From NCBI GenBank assembly GCA_002269645.1, contig NIVC01001789.1, positions 173,573 to 237,572 of the forward strand: 64,000 nucleotides of DNA. Direction: 5' to 3'. A program made the translations under genes and the position numbers. This document shows positions 10,885-22,900 of the stretch, in pieces (position 1 is the stretch's first letter; each line of letters starts with the position of its first letter). The notes beneath the pieces are model-generated. The model worked only from the letters and a program-made list of their open reading frames with translations, ran no database searches and was not told the origin of the DNA. The DNA is from Macrostomum lignano. Lineage: Eukaryota.

Positions 10885-13800
10885 TTGTCTCCTCTTCCCT
10901 CCTTTCCTCTTCCCTCCTTTCCTCTCCTTTCCTCTTCCCTCCTTTCCTCTCCTCTCCTCTTCCCTCCTTTCCTCTCCTCTCCTCTCCTCTCCTCGCCTCT
11001 CTTCTCCTCTCCTCTCTTCTCCTCTCCTCTCCTCTCCTCGCCTCTCTTCTCCTCTCCTCTCTTCTCCTTCCTGTCCTCTTCTCTCCTCTCCTCTCCTCTC
11101 CTCTCCTCTCCTGTCCTCCTCTCTTCTCCTCACCTCACCTCTCCTTCCTGTCCTCTCCTCTCCTCTCCTCTCCTCTCTTCTCCTCTCCTCTCCTCTCTCT
11201 CTCCTCTCCTCTCTTCTCCTCTCCTCTCCTCTCCTCTCCTCTCCTCTCCTCTCCTCTCCTCTCCTATTTCCTCTCCTCTCCTCTCCTCTCCTCTCCTCTC
11301 CTCTCCTCTCCTCTCCTCTCCTCTCCTCTCCTCTCCTCTCCTCTCCTCTCCTCTCCTCTCCTCTCTCTCCTCTCCTCTCCTCTCCTCTCCTGTCCTCTTC
11401 TCTCATTCCTCTCTTCTCCTTCCTGTCCTCTCCTCTCCTCTCCTCTCCTCTCCTCTCCTCTCCTCTCCTCTCCTCTTCCCTCCTTTCCTCTCCTCTCCTC
11501 TCCTCTCCTCTCCTCGCCTCTCTTCTCCTCTCCTCTCTTCTCCTTCCTGTCCTCTTCTCTCCTCTCCTCTCCTCTCCTCTCCTCTCCTGTCCTCCTCTCT
11601 TCTCCTCACCTCACCTCTCCTTCCTGTCCTCTCCTCTCCTCTCCTCTCCTCTCCTCTCCTGTCCTCCTCTCTTCTCCTCTCCTCTCCTCCTCTCCTCTCC
11701 TCTCCTCTCCTCTCCTCTCTTCTCCTCTCCTCTCCTCTCCTCTCCTCTCCTCTTCTCTCTCTCCTCTCCTCTCCTCTCCTCTCCTCTCCTCTCCTCTCCT
11801 CTCCTCTCCTATTTCCTCTCCTCTCCTCTCCTCTCCTCTCCTCTCCTCTCTCTCTCCTCTCCTCTCCTCTCCTCTCCTCTCCTCTCCTCTCTCTCTCTCT
11901 CTCCTCTCCTCTCCTCTCCTCTCCTATTTCCTCTCCTCTCCTCTCCTCTCCTCTCCTCTCCTCTCCTCTCCTCTCTTCTCCTCTCCTCTCCTCTCCTCTC
12001 CTATTCTCTTCTCTCCCTCATCTCCTCTCCTCTCCTCTCCTCTCCTCTCCTCTCCTGTCCTCTCTCTCATTCCTCTCCTCTCCTCTCCTCTCCTCTCCTC
12101 TCCTCTCTCCTCTCCTCTCCTCTCCTCTCTCTCTCTCCTCCTCTCTCTCTCCTCTCCTCTCCTCTCCTCTCCTCTCCTCTCCTCTCCTCTCCTCTCCTCT
12201 CCTATTTCCTCTCCTCTCCTCTCCTCTCCTCTCATTCCTCTCCTCTCCTCTCCTCTCCTCTCCTCTCCTCTCCTCCTCTCCTCTCCTCTCCTCTCCTCTC
12301 CTCTCCTCTCCTCTCCTCTCCTCTCCTCTCCTCTCCTCTCTTCTTCTGGATTCCACAGGCATTAGGCTTGTCAAAGGACTGAGATGTGCATACCATAGTT
12401 AACAGCCACTTTTCCTTACATTTCAAGCTTCTCAGTTCTTGAGATTTCCGTTGCATTAGATGTAGAGATCCCAGCCCCTTAGACAGTAAGTAACCTTTTT
12501 CTCGTTTGGTTAAAAATCTGCTTTGCTGATTTCGCATTTATTATTGCTCTGTGTTGTGCCTTTATAAGTGTCTTTTTTGTTTTAAAGCACATGGTAGTGA
12601 AACACGCGTTCAGTACTGTGCAGAAGTTCACAAAATATATTCTTTTAATAAGCAGATAGGGCTGCAATATGAGGCTATAAATCTAGGATGATATTATACA
12701 TAAGATTTATTGTCAAACTTGCATCACAATATAAATTTGGTAAATCTTAAATGTACGTTTGTTGTGAAGCTGATATTTTTTACCATTTTCAATTGGTACG
12801 TCCATAAGATTTTTGGTCATTGAGCTAGCACTTCTCTGCTCTCCTCTCCTCTCCTCTCCTCTCCTATTCTCTTCTCTCCCTCATCTCCTCTCCTCTCCTC
12901 TCCTCTCCTCTCTTCTCCTCTCCTCTCCTCTCCTCTCCTCTCCTCTCCTCTCCTCTCCTCTCCTCTCCTATTTCCTCTCCTCTCCTCTTCTCTCATTCCT
13001 CTCTTCTCCTTCCTGTCCTCTCCTCTCCTCTCCTCTCTTCTCCTCTCCTCTCCTCTCCTCTCCTCTCCTCTCCTCTCCACTCTTCTCCTCTCCTCTCCTC
13101 TCCTCTCCTCTCCTCTCCTATTTCCTCTCCTCTCCTCTCCTCTCCTCTCCTCTCCTCTCCTCTCCTGTCCTCTTCTCTCATTCCTCTCTTCTCCTTCCTG
13201 TCCTCTCCTCTCCTCTCCTCTCCTCTCCTCTCCTCTCCTCTCCTCTCCTCTTCCCTCCTTTCCTCTCCTCTCCTCTCCTCTCCTCTCCTCGCCTCTCTTC
13301 TCCTCTCCTCTCTTCTCCTTCCTGTCCTCTTCTCTCCTCTCCTCTCCTCTCCTCTCCTCTCCTGTCCTCCTCTCTTCTCCTCACCTCACCTCTCCTTCCT
13401 GTCCTCTCCTCTCCTCTCCTCTCCTCTCCTGTCCTCCTCTCTTCTCCTCTCCTCTCCTCTCCTCTCCTCTCCTCTCCTCTCCTCTCCTCTCCTCTCCTCT
13501 CCTCTCCTCGCCTCTCTTCTCCTCTCCTCTCCTCTCCTCTCCTCTCCTCTCCTGTCCTCTTCTCTCATTCCTCTCTTCTCCTTCCTGTCCTCTCCTCTCC
13601 TCTCCTCTCTTCTCCTCTCCTCTCCTCTCCTCTCCTCTTCTCTCCTCTCCACTCTTCTCCTCTCCTCTCCTCTCCTCTCCTCTCCTCTCCTCTCCTATTT
13701 CCTCTCCTCTCCTCTCCTCTCCTCTCCTCTCCTCTCCTCTCCTGTCCTCTTCTCTCATTCCTCTCTTCTCCTTCCTGTCCTCTCCTCTCCTCTCCTCTCC

Positions 13801-15570
13801 TCTCCTCTCCTCTCCTCTCCTCTCCTCTTCCCTCCTTTCCTCTCCTCTCCTCTCCTCTCCTCTCCTCGCCTCTCTTCTCCTCTCCTCTCTTCTCCTTCCT
13901 GTCCTCTTCTCTCCTCTCCTCTCCTCTCCTCTCCTCTCCTGTCCTCCTCTCTTCTCCTCACCTCACCTCTCCTTCCTGTCCTCTCCTCTCCTCTCCTCTC
14001 CTCTCCTCTCCTGTCCTCCTCTCTTCTCCTCTCCTCTCCTCTCCTCTCCTCTCCTCTCCTCTCTTCTCCTCTCTTCTCCTCTCCTCTCCTCTCCTCTCCT
14101 CTCCTCTCCTCTCTTCTCCTCTCCTCTCTCCTCTCCTCTCCTCTCCTCTCCTCTCCTCTCCTCTCCTCTCCTCTCCTCTCCTCTCCTCTCCTCTCCTCTC
14201 CTCTCCTCTCCTCTTCTCTTCTCTCTCTCCTCTCCTCTCCTCTCCTCTCCTCTCCTCTCCTCTCCTCTCCTCTCCTCTCCTCTCCTCTCCTCTCCTCTCC
14301 TCTCCTCTCCTCTCCTCTCCTCTCATCTCCTCTCCTCTCCTCTCCTCTCCTCTCCTATTCTCTTCTCTCCCTCATCTCCTCTCCTCTCCTCTCCTCTCCT
14401 CTGCTCTCCTGTCCTCTTCTCTCATTCCTCTCCTCTCCTTCCTCTCCTCTCCTCTCCTCTCCTCTCCTCTCCTCTCCTCTCCTCTACTCTCCTCTCCTCT
14501 CTTCTCCTCTCCTCTCCTCTCCTCTCCTCTCCTCTCCTCTCCTCTCCTCTCCTCTCCTATTTCCTCTCCTCTCCTCTCCTCTCCTCTCATTCCTCTCCTC
14601 TCCTCTCCTCTCCTCTCCTTTCCTCTCCTCTCCTCTCCTCTCCTCTCCTCTCCTCTCCTCTCCTCTCCTCTCCTCCCCTCTCTTCTTCTTTGGATTCCAC
14701 AGGCATTAGGCTTGTTAAAGGACTGAGATGTGCATACCATAGTTAACAGCCACTTTTCCTTACATTTCAAGCTTCTCAGTTCTTGAGATTTCCGTTGCAT
14801 TAGATGTAGAGATCCCCAGCCCCTTAGACAGTAAGTAACCTTTTTCTCGTTTGGTTAAAAATCTGCTTTGCTGATTTCGCATTTATTATTGCTCTGTGTT
14901 GTGCCTTTATAAGTGTCTTTTTTGTTTTAAAGCACATGGTAGTGAAACACGCGTTCAGTACTGTGCAGAAGTTCACAAAATATATTCTTTTAATAAGCAG
15001 ATAGGGCTGCAATATGAGGCTATAAATCTAGGATGATATTATACATAAGATTTATTGTCAAACTTGCATCACAATATAAATTTGGTAAATCTTACATGTA
15101 CGTTTGTTGTGAAGCTGATCTTTTTTACCATTTTCAATTGGTACGTCCATAAGATTTTTGGTCATTGAGCTAGCACTTCTCTGCTCTCCTCTCCTCTCCT
15201 CTCCTCTCCTATTCTCTTCTCTCCCTCATCTCCTCTCCTCTCCTCTCCTCTCCTCTCTTCTCCTCTCCTCTCCTCTCCTCTCCTCTCCTCTCCTCTCCTC
15301 TCCTCTCCTATTTCCTCTCCTCTCCTCTTCTCTCATTCCTCTCTTCTCCTTCCTGTCCTCTCCTCTCCTCTCCTCTCTTCTCCTCTCCTCTCCTCTCCTC
15401 TCCTCTCCTCTCCTCTCCACTCTTCTCCTCTCCTCTCCTCTCCTCTCCTCTCCTCTCCTATTTCCTCTCCTCTCCTCTCCTCTCCTCTCTCCTCTCCTCT
15501 CCTCTCCACTCCTCTCCTCTCTTTTTATCTCCTCTCCTCTCCTCTCTTCTCCTCTCCTCTCCCTTCTCTC
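10885..15570. repeat. (CTCCT)n polypyrimidine arrays with a duplicated ~500-bp unique spacer
   Basis: Three arrays (about 10885-12340, 12840-14682, 15183-15570). The spacers 12341-12840 and 14683-15183 are near identical, giving a period of about 2.34 kb. Confidence 0.95.
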
Positions 15571-16599
15571 CTAATTTCAGGTAAAAGCTTTCATACGCAG
15601 TAAACGGACAAATTATGCATAGCAGACTAAAACACAAAAACGGAACATTTTCTCCGTTTATTTGTCTGAGGAGATGTTCCTCATAATAAGCTTTTATTCC
15701 CAGTGGCAATTCAAGTCCATCTGCTATTCAGGAGCATAGTGAGGCTGCTACGAAAAGCAAAATAATTTCACTTGTAGCCAACCAACGATAGGCAACAATT
15801 AGACGTGGAAAAAAGCAGTTCAACTGGCTCTCAGTGCTTCAGGCATTCTCTGCAAGAACAAACATTACAGATGCATTGTCCTAGGCTTTGAAGTTAGATT
15901 TGGGAAGCTAGGGCTTGGGTTAGGGCTGGGGTGGGTGTCACTTGCAGCGTTATGCTTATAAACCAGAATAAAGTACAATTAGTGATGTTTCTGCCTCTCG
16001 TTGCCTCCCATATTACAGACTCTCTCTCTCTCTCTCCTCTCCTCCATCTCCCACCTCTCTCTATTTCCCTGTCGTCCGTTTCTCCCCGCCTCTTAATCTC
16101 CTATCCTCAAACCAGCCATTGCCTCCCCCCATAGAAAGGATACATCTGACATCCCCACATGAGCATCATTGCAACCCCCATGCAGTTTTGGGGGCGCCAA
16201 TCGTGAATGCATGCAGTTTCAGGGGGAAAGGGTGGGGGAAACTATAAAGGGGAGGAGAAGCGCTGGTGGGGAATCGGTAGCGACACGGGAGGCAGTCAGG
16301 CTTCCTTTGTTGCTTGACCAGCCCATTTCATTTTGCTTGCTGGTGCTGCTACGGCGCCGCAACAGGCAGCATAAATCATGCAGGAAGTGTCAATACAAAT
16401 TTTTGTTAAGCTCTTTACAGTCTTGGAGCATCGGGGCGCATTGCTGCCGCAGCCGCGGTTACTGCTCACTGTGCTGTGCGCTGCCTTTCCTGCAGTTCTG
16501 CCCGAGCACTTTTCATTCATGGAGACAACATTATTGTGTATGGGAGAGGGGATGGAAATTGGGAGAGAACGGATACAGGAGCATAGGAGTCAGAAGAAG

Positions 16600-17745
16600 A
16601 GAGAGGAGAGGAGAGAGAAGCGGAGAGGAGAGATGAGAAGAGAGGAGAGAGGGGAGGAAAGAGGAGAGGAGAGGAAAGAGGAGAGAAGAGAAGAGAGGAG
16701 AGACGAGAAGAGAGGAGAAGAGAGAAGAGAGGAGAGAGGAGAGGAGAGAGAAGCGGAGAGGAGAGATGAGAAGAGAGGAGAGAGGGGAGGAAAGAGGAGA
16801 GGAGAGGAAAGAGGAGAGAAGAGAAGAGAGGTTGAGAGGAGAAGAGAGGAGAGAGGAGAGAGGAGAGGGGAGAGGGGAAAGAGGAGAGAAGAGAAGAGGG
16901 GTAAGAAGAGAGGAGAGAGGAGAGGAGAGAGGAGAAGAGAGGAGAGGAGAGGAAAGAGGAGAAGAGAGGAGAGAGGAGAGGGGAGAGGGGAAAGAGGAGA
17001 GAAGAGAAGAGGGGTGAGAAGAGAGGAAAGAGGAGAGGAGAGAAGAGAAGAGAGAAGAGAGGAAAGGAGAGGAGAGAGAGAGAAGCGGAGAGAAGAGAGG
17101 AGAGAGGAGAGGAGAGAGAGGAGAGAGGAGAGGGGAGAGGGGAAAGAGGAGAGAAGAGAAGAGGGGTGAGAAGAGAGGAGAGAGGAGAGGAGAGAGGAGA
17201 AGAGAGGAGAGGAGAGGAAAGAGGAGAAGAGAGGAGAGAGGAGAGGGGAGAGGGGAAAGAGGAGAGAAGAGAAGAGGGGTGAGAAGAGAGGAAAGAGGAG
17301 AGGAGAGGAGAGAGAGAGAAGCGGAGAGAAGAGAGGAGAGAGGAGAGAAGAGAAGAGAGAAGAGAGGAAAGGAGAGGAGAGAGAGAAGCGGAGAGAAGAG
17401 AGGAGAGAGGAGAGGAGAGAGAGGAGAGAGGAGAGGGGAGAGGGGAAAGAGGAGAGAAGAGAAGAGGGGTGAGAAGAGAGGAAAGAGGAGAGGAGAGGAG
17501 AGAGAGAGAAGCGGAGAGAAGAGAGGAGAGAGGAGAGGAGAGAGAGGAGAGAGGAGAGGGGAAATAGGAGAGAAGAGAAGAGGGGTGAGAAGAGAGGAGA
17601 GGAGAGAAGAGGAGAGAAGAGAAGAGGAGGGGAGAGAAGTGGAGAGGAGAGGAGCTGAGAGGGAGAAAGAGGGAGAGAGAGGAGAGAGAGAGAGAGAGAG
17701 AAGGGAGATGAGAGAGAGCAGAGGTAGAGAAAGGAGTGGAGAAGC
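16600..17745. repeat. Degenerate (GAGAG/GAGGA)n polypurine array
   Basis: Direct reading. The motif is the reverse complement of the upstream CTCCT arrays. Confidence 0.93.
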
Positions 17746-18347
17746 GAGCACCACCGAAAACACACAGTTTTACTTCTAGCATTGCCTGGGATAACTGAAG
17801 AAGCAGTCTTCAAATCTCGTTTTTTCAATAAAGAAGTCGCAACAACAAACGAGTAGACAACAATATTTCAGAAGCTTAGAATGTTCAGAGCTTAATAATG
17901 ATTTGTTTTAATTCAATCAGAATTTCAATCTCGCACAGAAACAGTTGCTTAAAATTGAATTGCGGCAATAATTAATGTGAGACAGTCTCGCTTCGCAGTG
18001 CTGTAGGTCTCTCAATCAGTGTTTACACAGGGACTCCGACCTGGTAACACAAGTTTGCCATGCAAGCTTATACAGTAATAATGGATTAGGGAGACTCGCT
18101 TACACACTTAAGCCGTGTTTCTGCATTTTGTCGGCTTTTAATTAAATCTGCATCGCTTTTAGCGGATTTGCTGCTCTTATGTGAGTTGAAGCAGCACTCG
18201 CGCGCGCTTTAAAACCTGTTATTACAAAATTTTCCCGATGAGAAGAGTTTCAAAAGACCTGCAAGGGATCAAGGACCAATTTGACGGTGTACTTCATTTC
18301 TTGAAATTGTTTTGAAAGCTCGTGTTGTCAACAAATCTGCCAACGTC

Positions 18348-18574
18348 ATTCGCGCGGTGCATCTGAAGGCTGCGTACGGCTGTTCAGTCCAAGGACTGGG
18401 GGGTCGCCACTCCCAGCCTCAATTGCCCCCAGCTAATGCTGGCACCCATTTTACAGCTGGGTGAACTGAAGCAATGCAGAGTTAAGGGTCTTGCTCAAGG
18501 ATACAAATTGTTCCGAGTGAGTCGAAAATCGAACCCCCTACCTTTAAAAGTGCTCTCACCACAAGGCTACAACC
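18348..18574 (-). mobile_element. tRNA-derived CORE-like SINE, 3'-truncated copy
   Basis: Reverse complement matches about 6886-7115 (GGTTGTAGCC..., CAGCTGTAAAATGGGTGCCAGCATTAGCTGGGG, CCTTGGACTGAACAGCCGTACGCAGCCTTCAGATGC). Confidence 0.85.
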
Positions 18575-18837
18575 AATCGTCTAATACGTAATGAGCATAA
18601 AAATGAATTTTTTTTCTGACAAACAATGATAGTGTTTTAAATCGAATGACAGTTTAGAACACGAACTTTTAAACATTAGTACAATTCTATGTAAATCATG
18701 GAGACAGAGGAACAGGGAGAGAGACAAAAAAGTAATTATTAAATATGAAAATATGCAAGTATGGGCTCGAAGCTTAATCTGGCGGTGAGAAGTGACTGCA
18801 GTTTGCTCTCAAATACTCGTAGATATAAAAATTAACA

Positions 18838-19763
18838 GCTTAAACACACTTCAGTTGGAGCTTAAACATACTTCAGTTGGAGCTTAAACACACTTCAGTT
18901 GGAGCTTAAACACACTTCAGTTGGAGCTTAAACACACTTCAGTTGGAGCTTAAACACACTTCAGTTGGAGCTTAAACACACTTCAGTTGGAGCTTAAACA
19001 TACTTCAGTTGGAGCTTAAACACACTTCAGTTGGAGCTTAAACACACTTCAGTTGGAGCTTAAACACACTTCAGTTGAAGGTTAAACACACTTCAGTTGG
19101 AGCTTAAACACACTTCAGTTGGAGCTTAAACACACTTCAGTTGGAGCTTAAACACACTTCAGTTGAAGCTTAAACACACTTCAGTTGGAGCTTAAACACA
19201 CTTCAGTTGGAGCTTAAACACACTTCAGTTGAAGGTTAAACACACTTCAGTTAGAGCTTAAACACACTTCAGTTGGAGCTTAAACACACTTCAGTTGGAG
19301 CTTAAACACACTTCAGTTGAAGGTTAAACACACTTCAGTTGGAGCTTAAACACACTTCAGTTGAAGCTTAAACACACTTCAGTTGGAGCTTAAACACACT
19401 TCAGTTGGAGCTTAAACACACTTCAGTTGAAGGTTAAACACACTTCAGTTAGAGCTTAAACACACTTCAGTTGGAGCTTAAACACACTTCAGTTGGAGCT
19501 TAAACACACTTCAGTTGGAGCTTAAACACACTTCAGTTGAAGGTTAAACAGACTTCAGTTGGAGCTTAAACACACTTCAGTTGGAGCTTAAACACACTTC
19601 AGTTGGAGCTTAAACAGACTTCAGTTGGAGCTTAAACACACTTCAGTTGAAGGTTAAACAGACTTCAGTTGGAGCTTAAACACACTTCAGTTGGAGCTTA
19701 AACACACTTCAGTTGGAGCTTAAACAGACTTCAGTTGGAGCTTAAACACACTTCAGTTGGAGC
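18838..19763. repeat. 22-bp minisatellite (AGCTTAAACACACTTCAGTTGG)n
   Basis: About 42 highly homogeneous copies, downstream of the rabphilin stop codon. Confidence 0.97.
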
Positions 19764-19924
19764 TTTCAAAACAAACCTCAATCGGCCCCATGCCAAAACT
19801 TCTGACACAAACGTAACACACGAGCATTAAAGAGATGTCAAACCAAAAACAGTGATTTTTTAAAGTTGACTTGTCCAGATTATAGCGTATCTTTGCGTTT
19901 GCTTGCTGCGTTAGCGTTGGACTT

Positions 19925-22900
19925 CTACATCGACAGCTCCGGCCACAGGGCGTGCCAGCGCTCATGGCGTTGGTACGGCTGCCGCAGCAGGGCCTCCCAG
20001 TGGCTGCGTCTCTCGCCTGAGCACTCGCTACCGAGCACCAGGGCACCTGGGTGCGAAACGGCGTTGAGAGAAGGGGAGTGACGCGTTTGGGGCGGTTTTG
20101 GGAGCATTTTTGGAGTGATACGTGGGGATATCTCTAGAGTAATTCACCGAAAGCTTTGTCAGAGTGACAAGTAAAAAAATAAGAGCATCGGCTACTCGTC
20201 ACTCTCACCCATGAAATCATTCTTAGAGCCGAAGTCTTTGTCCCAGACTGTGATCTCTAGCGACTTGTCAAGCAGTTCCTGCGGCGTCACAATGAACTGG
20301 AATTCCTGCAATCATGTTCGGGGGTGTTGGGGTGATGAAAATAAGGAGTGACTTTACGTACAAGTGATTTTAGGAGTGACACTAGGAGCGACATCAGTAG
20401 TGACTGTAGGAGCGACATCAGTAGTGACTGTAGGAGTGACATCAGTAGGCGTGAGTGAAAGCATTGCAGCGACTGTCCGAATTGAAAATCTGAGACAACA
20501 GACGCAGTACAGACACCAACAGACCTCTTCGAATTCCGGATTCAGTGTTCTCCGTTTAAACTCAGTTTTACACTTTTTCGGAGTTCCATCGTCCGGTTTC
20601 AGGTGTCTGGCGAAGAGAAGCGGGTTAAGAGTTGGGAAAACACTCACTATAGTTAAAGCGAAATATTGTTTCTTATAACAAATAAGGCAAAAATGAGGCT
20701 CACAGTTTGACAAAAGGATCGCTGTATCCGTTTGGGTCCATGGCAATCAGATTAACGCACTGGATAATCCTTACGGTGAGCTCGTTCTTGGCCGGGGCGT
20801 AATATAGGCCAATCAGAATCTTTCCCCGATCGTCATCTTCCAGCTTCAACGATCTGTCAAGCTCCTGGGTGAATCCAGCATTGAGTGGTTTGTAGTCATT
20901 TCGGAAAAAAACAAAAAGACCGACACAACTTACAAAATTTTTCGGCTGCAAAAAGATCTGCGAATATTCCTTCTTGCCGGAGTGCAGCAAATGGCTCAGT
21001 GGGTAGAGAATCTCTCCCATCCATTCGAATCCGATTGTGTCCTCGTCCAGCACTGATAGCCTTTAAATTGGGCAGAGTAGTGACGCCTTGCCCTGATTTT
21101 ATGGCTGTGCAACGCCCCAACCCTCGATTCCTGCCTCCATTGACAGCCACCTCACGCCTTGCCCTGATTTTCTGGCTGTGCAGCGCTCTAACCCCTTGAT
21201 TCCTACCCCTATTGTACGCCACCTCACGCCTTGACCTGATTTTCTGGCTGTACAGCGCTCTAACCCCTTGATTACTACCCCTATTGTACGCCACCTCACG
21301 CCTTGCCCTGATTTTATGGCTGTGCAACGCCCCAAACCTCTATTCCTACCCCTATTGTACGCCACCTCACGCCTTGCCCCAATTTTATGGCTGTGCAGCG
21401 CTCTAACCCCTTGATTCTTATTCATATCGACCGCTTCACCACCTATATTTTGGCCCCAATTTTTGGCTGGGCAAGCACCCCAATCTTAAGTACAATCCTA
21501 GATAGTAATTTTTTCTTACTATACGAACGTATTAAGCTACATGTAACTAAAAGTATGAGCTAGAAATGATAGCAATGCAAAACCTGATGTTAACCTTAGC
21601 ATCTTCGCCTCAATCTCGGCTTTAGTAATGCCGCTGTAGCAGAACTCCTCGTCCCACAGCGGATTAAGCGTTCTCTGGCAGGTTCGGGTACGCAGTTTAG
21701 TTCTTTTGCCAGTATCGGGCAGCAGATGGACTTTCACATAAGGATCGGATAGTCCATTGGCGTCATGGGCGCGCAGATTTTCGCCCTTAATGATGCGAAT
21801 GTACAGAGCGGCCTTGCCCGGAATGTACTGCAAGACAAAGTGCACAGTGCCTAGGCCTCTGTCTTCAAAGTACACGCCCGGTGGTAGCGTTGAAATCGGC
21901 TGCTGCTGCTGCTGCTGCGTTGCTGACGGACTGGCGGGTGGTCTCCGCTCGGGTGTGGCGGTTGCTATTGGCAACAATTGAGGTTCGTGGGGGACTGTTA
22001 GTGAGATATATTTTTTACGAATGCACATGCAGTTTCCTTGATGACTCGCTAAGCCGTAGAGGCGAGACATCAAGCAAACTTTCATATTTGGGGAAAGGGA
22101 GCAGGGAATGTCTGCTCGTAGCCACATTGGTGGGATAAAATTATGAATGTAAAGTGGGATAAATTGGAGTGTTCGATAGAATGAGTGTGAGATAGAATGA
22201 GTGTGCGATAGAATGAGTGTGAGATAGAATGAGTGTGGGATAGATTGGAGTGTGCGATAGAATTGGTGTGGGATAGATTGGAGTGTGGGATTGGAGTGTG
22301 GGATAGAATGGAGTGAGGGATAGAATGGAGTGTGGGATAGACTGGTGTGGGATAAATTGAGTGTGGGATTGGAGTGTGGGATAGAATGGAGTGAGGGATA
22401 GAATGGAGTGAGGGATAGAATGGAGTGTGGGATAGAATGGAGTGAGGGATAGAATGAAGTGTGGGATAAACTCCTGCGCTTATAGAGCAAGTGCACTTAA
22501 GTACGATGAATGTACAATAGTTTGGTGTACATTAAAAATAGACACGGGCTAAAGGTAACAATCATTGAGCAAGGTAGAAATGGATCAGCTAAGGCCGAGC
22601 TCCCTGCATCCCTACCTCCATATTTCGCGACTCTCCCAGCAGCAGCGAGTCCGTTACTCTCGCTATTGGCAGCGGAATCTGAAAAAAAAATCAATTAATT
22701 ACTTCTCATCTTTAAAATCCCTCTGCATTGCGCATTGCGCAAACACATTATCAGTGATGACAATCAAGAACACAGCGTTAGCAAAGAAACCGACTTTGAC
22801 CGTGAGCTTGAGTTGCCAAGAGAGCATTCGATCTTCATGCGCCGACTTCTTGACCCGCAAGGACACAAAATTTCACAGGGAGGACGGCGTTTAAATAAGT

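Noticed and set aside
15905-15935. TTAGGG-like motifs here and near 36603-36622
   Set aside because: Only one or two degenerate units; not an interstitial telomeric array.
16169-16600. GC-richer unique segment with short ORFs on both strands
   Set aside because: No recognisable motif or convincing splice pair.
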